Assembly: GCA_964291405.2 (NCBI GenBank)
Contig: OZ219926.1
Coordinates: 960,001-1,024,000 of the forward strand
Source: Thermodesulfobacteriota bacterium
Lineage (GTDB): Bacteria > Desulfobacterota > Binatia > Bin18
Direction: 5' to 3'
DNA length: 64,000 nt
Positions 58,456-64,000 of the stretch are shown here, piece after piece; position 1 is the stretch's first letter; every line of letters starts with the position of its first letter. Both the position numbers and the translations under genes were made by a program. The notes beneath the pieces were generated by a model that saw only the letters and a list, made by a program, of their open reading frames with translations, searched no databases and was not told the origin of the DNA.

Positions 58456-61152
58456 CTAATGCGCCTCGGCCCAATTGCCGCCCACACCGACATCAACGCG
58501 GAGCGGGACGTTGAGCGCCATCACCCCTTCCATGCTCTCGCGGACCAGGGCCTGTAGCCGCTCAAGCTCGGCGTCCGGCACCTCGAATAACAGCTCGTCG
58601 TGCACCTGGAGGAGCATGCGCGTCTGTAGCCCCTGCTGGTCGAGCTGGCGCGCAATGGTGACCATGGCGACTTTGATGAGATCGGCCGCCGTGCCCTGGA
58701 TGGGGGTGTTGATGGCGACCCGCTGCGCGGCGCTGGCCAGTTGGGGGCTTTTGCTCCCCAGGTCCGGGACATAGCGCCGGCGACCGAACAGCGTCGAGAC
58801 ATAGCCGCGCTCCTGGGCACCGGCCAGCGTGCCGTCCATATAGGTCTTAATGCTGCCGTAGCGGCTGAAATACTGGTCGATATAGGCTTGGGCGGTTTTG
58901 AACGGAATGCGTAAAGTCCGCGCCAGTCGCCGCGCGCCCATCCCGTAGATCAGACCGAAATTGATCGTTTTGGCCTCACGCCGCTGGTTGCTCGAAACCG
59001 CATCTATGGAGGTCTCGAAAATTTCCGCCGCGGTGCGGGCGTGCACGTCCTGCCCTGTGTGAAAGGATTCGACCAGGACGGGGTCCCGGCTCAGGTGGGC
59101 GAGGAGGCGCAGCTCAATCTGGGAGTAGTCGGCGGAGAGGAGGCGCCAGCCGGGTTCCGGCACAAAGGCCGTGCGGATGCGCCGGCCCTCTTCGCTCCGG
59201 ATGGGGATGTTCTGCAAGTTCGGGTTGCTGGAAGACAGCCGGCCCGTCGCCGTCACGGTCTGATTAAACGAGGTATGCACACGACCGGTGTCTGCCCGGA
59301 TGAGCTTGGGCAGGGAGTCAACATAGGTGCTCTGGAGTTTGGCAAAGCTCCGGTAGGCCAGAATTTTCTCCGGCAGCGGATATTCCTCAGCCAGGCGCTC
59401 AAGCACGGATGAATCGGTGGACGATCCCGTCTTGGTCTTTTTGCCACGCGGCAGGCCAAGCTTCTCGAACAGGATGGACTGGAGCTGCTTGGGGGAGGCG
59501 ATATTAAACGGTTCTCCGGCCATGGTGTGGATTTCCGCTTCAAGCCGGTCTCGCTGTTGCCCGAATTCCTCGGACAGGCGCGCCAGCACGGCGGTGTCCA
59601 CCCGCATCCCGGTCCGTTCCATGTGGGCCAGCACCGGAACGAGCGGGGTTTCAATATCGACAAACAGGCTGTCCATGCCTTCTTGTGTGATCCGGGGAAA
59701 TAAACGGTGAGCCAGCCGGAGGGTCATATCCGCGTCTTCCGCGGCGTAGCGCGTGGCGTCTTCGACCGATACCTCGGCGAAATTCTTTTTGGCGCCGTCG
59801 GTCACGTCCTCATACGAGACCATGGTGTAGCCCAGATGTTCTTGAGCCAGGTCATTCAGGTTGTGGCGCTGGGTGGGGTTGAGGAGATACGAGGCCAGCA
59901 TGGTGTCGGCCAGGCGGTTGTGCGAGCGCAGGCCATAGTTGGCCAAGACCATCAGGTCGTATTTCAGGTTCTGACCGATGAGGGTCAGCGAGGGATCGGC
60001 AAAAAGCGTGCGGAGCGCGGCGAGGGTCTTGTCGAGTGGTAATTGGGGAGCGGCATCGTCCGAGCGGTGTCCAACCGGAATATACCAGGCCTGCCGCTCT
60101 TCGATCGCCAGCGACACACCCACCAGCTCCGCATCGAGCGGGTTGAGTGCTGTCGTTTCCGTATCGAGGCAGTAGGTTTTGGCTGCCTGAATGCGGGAGA
60201 CGAGCGAGTCGAGCTGTTGCGCGGTGTGCACGGACTCGTAGACACCGGGGGGTTCCGCCGGCGCGGCGCGTTCATCGGCCAGGGAGAACTCCCAGTCGGT
60301 GTCCAGATCGGCCAGGAAGCGACGGAATTCAAACTCGGTAAACAGCTCGTGTAACCGCTCGTGGTCAGGTTCTGTCAGCGCCAGGTCTTCAAGCGCCGGG
60401 GTCAAGGGCACATCCTGTCTGAGGGTCGCCAGCGTTTTTGACAGGCGGGCCAATTCGGCGTGCTCCCGAACCCGCTGGCCCAGCTTGCCCTTGATTTCGG
60501 CGGCGTGCTGCAGCACGCTCTCCAAATTTTGCCACTGCGTGATCAGCTTGATCGCGGTCTTCTCACCAACACCGGGGATGCCGGGGATATTGTCGGTGGC
60601 GTCGCCCATCAACGCCTGGACCTCGACAACGCGGCCCGGCTCGACGCCGAATTTTGCCTGTACTTCGGCGAGGCCGATGCGCCGGTCCCGCATGGTATCG
60701 AGCATGCTGACGCGCTCCGAGACAAGCTGCATCAGGTCTTTGTCCCCGGAGACAATGACCACCTCCACGCCGTCTCCCTCCCAGCGCGTCGCCAGGGTGG
60801 CGATAATGTCATCAGCCTCGTAACCGGCAAGTTCAAGAATGGGGATATTATAGGCTTGGACAACCTCTTTTATGCGGGGGATCTGCACCCGCAGCTCGTC
60901 CGGCATTGTGGTCCGGTTGGCCTTATACGGCGGATAGATCTCGTGGCGAAAATTCTTTCCTGGAGAGTCAAAAACCATGCCGATATGGCTGGGTGCATGC
61001 TCCGCATGCAGACGCTGGAGCATATTCACAAAGCCAAAGATGGCGTTGGTTGGAAATCCCTGAGCGTTGGTCAGATCCCGTACCGCGTAAAAGGCACGGT
61101 AGATGTACGACTGTCCATCAATGAGGAAAACGGGAGTGGATACTGGTGTCAC
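58456..61152 (-). CDS. polA: DNA polymerase I
   Basis: LIDG..YIYRAFY 5' exonuclease, DTET 3' exonuclease, ADYSQIELR, KTINFGLIYG, QVHDEL. Confidence 0.98.
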   Translation of the reverse strand: MTPVSTPVFLIDGQSYIYRAFYAVRDLTNAQGFPTNAIFGFVNMLQRLHAEHAPSHIGMVFDSPGKNFRHEIYPPYKANRTTMPDELRVQIPRIKEVVQAYNIPILELAGYEADDIIATLATRWEGDGVEVVIVSGDKDLMQLVSERVSMLDTMRDRRIGLAEVQAKFGVEPGRVVEVQALMGDATDNIPGIPGVGEKTAIKLITQWQNLESVLQHAAEIKGKLGQRVREHAELARLSKTLATLRQDVPLTPALEDLALTEPDHERLHELFTEFEFRRFLADLDTDWEFSLADERAAPAEPPGVYESVHTAQQLDSLVSRIQAAKTYCLDTETTALNPLDAELVGVSLAIEERQAWYIPVGHRSDDAAPQLPLDKTLAALRTLFADPSLTLIGQNLKYDLMVLANYGLRSHNRLADTMLASYLLNPTQRHNLNDLAQEHLGYTMVSYEDVTDGAKKNFAEVSVEDATRYAAEDADMTLRLAHRLFPRITQEGMDSLFVDIETPLVPVLAHMERTGMRVDTAVLARLSEEFGQQRDRLEAEIHTMAGEPFNIASPKQLQSILFEKLGLPRGKKTKTGSSTDSSVLERLAEEYPLPEKILAYRSFAKLQSTYVDSLPKLIRADTGRVHTSFNQTVTATGRLSSSNPNLQNIPIRSEEGRRIRTAFVPEPGWRLLSADYSQIELRLLAHLSRDPVLVESFHTGQDVHARTAAEIFETSIDAVSSNQRREAKTINFGLIYGMGARRLARTLRIPFKTAQAYIDQYFSRYGSIKTYMDGTLAGAQERGYVSTLFGRRRYVPDLGSKSPQLASAAQRVAINTPIQGTAADLIKVAMVTIARQLDQQGLQTRMLLQVHDELLFEVPDAELERLQALVRESMEGVMALNVPLRVDVGVGGNWAEAH

Positions 61153-61179
61153 AACGCAACTGCGGCAGGAGAAGGAGAA

Positions 61180-61253
61180 AGCGGGTGACCGGGGTCGAAC
61201 CGGCGACCTTGTGCTTGGCAAGCACACGCTCTAGCCAGCTGAGCTACACCCGC
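61180..61253 (-). tRNA. tRNA-Gly(GCC)
   Basis: Reverse complement gcgggtgtagctcagctggctagagcgtgtgcttGCCaagcaca...ggttcgaccccggtcacccgct. Confidence 0.96.
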
Positions 61254-61301
61254 GTTGAGCACGATAATCAGGGGCTGAATCTACCACACCTCAGCCGAGA
61301 G

Positions 61302-61781
61302 TCAACTGTCCGGGCGGGCTGCCGTGCCGGTATGACCGAACCCGCCGTGACGCTGCGTGGAGTCGAGCGCATCGACTTCAGTCCAACGGGCCCGTGCCAC
61401 TGGAGCGATAATGAGCTGGGCGATGCGGTCGCCCCGTTTGACCTCAACCGGTTTGTCGCCAAGGTTGATGAGCAAGATCTTGACCTCTTCCCGATAGTCG
61501 GCGTCTATCGTGCCGGGAGCGTTCAGGATGGTCAGCCCCTGGCGCAGGGCGAGTCCGCTCCGGGGGCGAACCTGGGCTTCGTAGGCCTGCGGCAGGGCGA
61601 GGGCGAATCCGGTCGGAATCACAGACCGTTGGAGAGGGGCAAGGACGACGGTGCCCGTAAGAGCGGCGGCAATATCCATCCCGGCAGAGCCGGGGGTCAT
61701 ATAGCGGGGGAGCGGGATCGCTGGCTCGCCCAGTTCATCCTGGCGTACGCGCGTAATGGGAACGACGATCTGTGCGCTCAC
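61302..61781 (-). CDS. dut: dUTP diphosphatase
   Basis: [33 protein letters not shown]. Confidence 0.97.
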   Translation of the reverse strand: MSAQIVVPITRVRQDELGEPAIPLPRYMTPGSAGMDIAAALTGTVVLAPLQRSVIPTGFALALPQAYEAQVRPRSGLALRQGLTILNAPGTIDADYREEVKILLINLGDKPVEVKRGDRIAQLIIAPVARARWTEVDALDSTQRHGGFGHTGTAARPDS

Positions 61782-61814
61782 CCGCTCGTGCTCCTTCGGT
61801 GGTGTTCTGGACCA

Positions 61815-63908
61815 CTAACGTGCCGCGCCCTGCTCTGCCAGGGCTTCGCGCCGACTGAGACGAATTTTTCCCTGCCGATCGATCTCAAGGACTTTGACGG
61901 TAATCTCGTCCCCTTCGTCAACAATATCGGTCACCTGCCGCACCCGCTCAGGCGCAAGTTGAGAGATGTGGACCAGGCCTTCTTTCCCAGGCAGGATTTC
62001 GACAAAAGCCCCAAAATCGACCACCTTCTTGACCGTTCCGGTGTAGAGCTTGCCGATCTCCGCATCCGCGGTGACCGCCTCGACTTTGCTGATCGCCCGA
62101 TCCATGGAGTCTCCGTCGGAGGAGGCAATAGACACCGTGCCGTCGTCTTCGACATCGATTTTGACTCCGGTCTCTTCGACGATAGAGCGGATCATTTTTC
62201 CGCCGGGGCCGATGAGATCGCGAATTTTATCCGGCTTGATTTTCAGGGTCAGAATCCGCGGCGCATGTTCTGCGACCTGTTCACGGGGAGTTTCGAGCGA
62301 CTCGGCCATCTTCCCAAGAATGTGCAAACGCCCGTCACGGGCCTGATATAGGGCCTGGCGCATGATTTCACGCGTGACGCCGGCAATTTTGATGTCCATT
62401 TGGAGGGCGGTAATGCCGTCGGCCGTGCCCGCAACCTTGAAATCCATATCGCCCAGATGATCCTCGTCACCGAGAATATCACTGAGAATCCGGACCTCTT
62501 CTCCTTCTTTGATCAGCCCCATCGCAATGCCGGCGACCGGTGCCACGATCGGGACGCCGGCGTCCATCAGCGACAGCGCGCCGCTGCATACGGTGGCCAT
62601 GGAGGAAGAGCCGTTTGATTCCAGGATTTCCGACACGACCCGGATAGTATAGGGGAACTCATTTCCCGCCGGGAGAACGGCCAGCAGTGCCCGTTCGGCA
62701 AGGGCGCCGTGCCCGATCTCTCGCCGTCCGGGATTCCGCATCGGACGGGCTTCCCCCACACTGAAAGGCGGGAAGTTGTAATGCAGCATGAATTTCCGGT
62801 ACTGCTCACCGATCAAAGCATCCACCCGTTGCTCGTCTGCGGATGTCCCCAGCGTCGCAACCGCCAGGGCTTGTGTTTCGCCGCGTGTGAAAAGAGCCGA
62901 GCCATGCGTTCGGGGCAGCATGCCGACTTCACACGAGATGGGACGAATATCGGTCAATCCGCGTCCGTCTACGCGCTGGCTCTTGTCAACAATCGCCGTG
63001 CGCATGATTTCGCCAGTCAGCTTTTCCAGGGCTTCCGCAACCTCCCCACCCCGCTCGGCGAACTCTTCCCCGAGCGCCTCAGTCGCTTCCTTCTTGGCGG
63101 ACTTGATGGCGGCCCCGCGCTCCAGTTTCGCCGCAATCGTCAGAGCCCCACTGAGCTTTTGGGTCGCGGCGGCCCGAACGCGGTCGGCCAGCTCGGTATC
63201 GGTCACGGGCTCTGCGAACTGTCGTTTTGGCTTTCCGGCGACCCGGACAAGTTCGTCCTGCACGTCGAGAACCGGAGCCGCGGCTTCCTGAGCAAGGAAC
63301 AGTGCCTCAAGCATGTCTTCTTCAGAGACTATGCGCGCGCCGCCCTCGACCATGACAATGGCATCCCGGCCGGCAGCGACAAACAGGTTGATATCGCTGT
63401 CCTGGAACTGGCTCTGCAACGGATTGACCACCAGTTCTCCGTGTAAGCGTCCGATCCGGACGCCGGCGATGGGCCCCCCAAAAGGGATATCGGAGACGTG
63501 CAGGGCCGCAGAGGCACCGATGAGGGCCAGGGTATCGGCATCGTTTTCCCGGTCCACCGACAGGACCGACGCAACAATCTGGGTCTCACAGGCAAAGCCC
63601 TTGGGGAAGAGCGGCCGAATCGCCCGGTCTACAATCCGCGAGGTCAGGACTTCCCGCTCTGCCGGACGCCCTTCCCGCTTGAAAAATCCTCCGGGAATTT
63701 TCCCTGCGGCATAGGTTCGTTCCTGGTAGTCAACAGTCAAAGGGAAAAAGTCGATCCCCTCACGCGCTGAATCTGACGCCACCGCAGTCACCAGGACAAC
63801 GGTTTCCCCGTATTGGACGAGGGCTGCACCACTCGTCTGTTTCGCAAGACGCCCGGTTTCAATAGACAGCGGGCGACCGTAGTATTCCATTTCGATCTTT
63901 TTATACAT
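61815..63908 (-). CDS. pnp: Polyribonucleotide nucleotidyltransferase (PNPase)
   Basis: [42 protein letters not shown] and S1 domains. Confidence 0.98.
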   Translation of the reverse strand: MYKKIEMEYYGRPLSIETGRLAKQTSGAALVQYGETVVLVTAVASDSAREGIDFFPLTVDYQERTYAAGKIPGGFFKREGRPAEREVLTSRIVDRAIRPLFPKGFACETQIVASVLSVDRENDADTLALIGASAALHVSDIPFGGPIAGVRIGRLHGELVVNPLQSQFQDSDINLFVAAGRDAIVMVEGGARIVSEEDMLEALFLAQEAAAPVLDVQDELVRVAGKPKRQFAEPVTDTELADRVRAAATQKLSGALTIAAKLERGAAIKSAKKEATEALGEEFAERGGEVAEALEKLTGEIMRTAIVDKSQRVDGRGLTDIRPISCEVGMLPRTHGSALFTRGETQALAVATLGTSADEQRVDALIGEQYRKFMLHYNFPPFSVGEARPMRNPGRREIGHGALAERALLAVLPAGNEFPYTIRVVSEILESNGSSSMATVCSGALSLMDAGVPIVAPVAGIAMGLIKEGEEVRILSDILGDEDHLGDMDFKVAGTADGITALQMDIKIAGVTREIMRQALYQARDGRLHILGKMAESLETPREQVAEHAPRILTLKIKPDKIRDLIGPGGKMIRSIVEETGVKIDVEDDGTVSIASSDGDSMDRAISKVEAVTADAEIGKLYTGTVKKVVDFGAFVEILPGKEGLVHISQLAPERVRQVTDIVDEGDEITVKVLEIDRQGKIRLSRREALAEQGAAR

Positions 63909-64000
63909 GTCTTCCTTCAATGTTCCCTGCGCCAAGGTTCTGACGACGCAGCGACCACTCTCTCCACAACACTCTCTCCACAACAACGGCCAACAGCACT

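Overview
GC-rich bacterial chromosome segment. The gene content is compatible with a deltaproteobacterial/Desulfobacterota-like lineage, but that is a weak inference. The backbone carries a surface-polysaccharide export/modification cluster (deacetylase, wzm/wzt, carbamoyltransferase), a partial type II secretion cluster (gspF, G, L, M, C-like, frameshifted gspD), gmhA, lpxA, purB-purS-purQ-purL-purF, pgsA, polA, dut, pnp, a stand-alone 5S rRNA and three tRNAs. Almost every intergenic gap is invaded. The invaders include eight type II toxin-antitoxin pairs (one degraded) plus two orphan antitoxins, an orphan toxin-tip/SMI1 pair, paralogous small membrane/coiled-coil genes, many REP palindromes, a REP-associated Y1 transposase (RAYT) disrupted by a MITE, and a MITE superfamily with AGAGC-N14-TGTAGC ends. 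Four observations stand out. (1) Integrase-free mini-cassettes are repeatedly bracketed by 35-110 bp direct repeats of host promoters or gene 3' ends. (2) A low-GC NYN-RNase gene sits behind a promoter, a two-hairpin RNA and a terminator, a layout like type III toxin-antitoxin systems. (3) REP-carrying MITEs have empty-site junctions that fit an AG/CT core better than a TA duplication. (4) Two unrelated secreted proteins share a C-terminal module, with an orphan copy of its tail. All calls are by eye; no searches were run.
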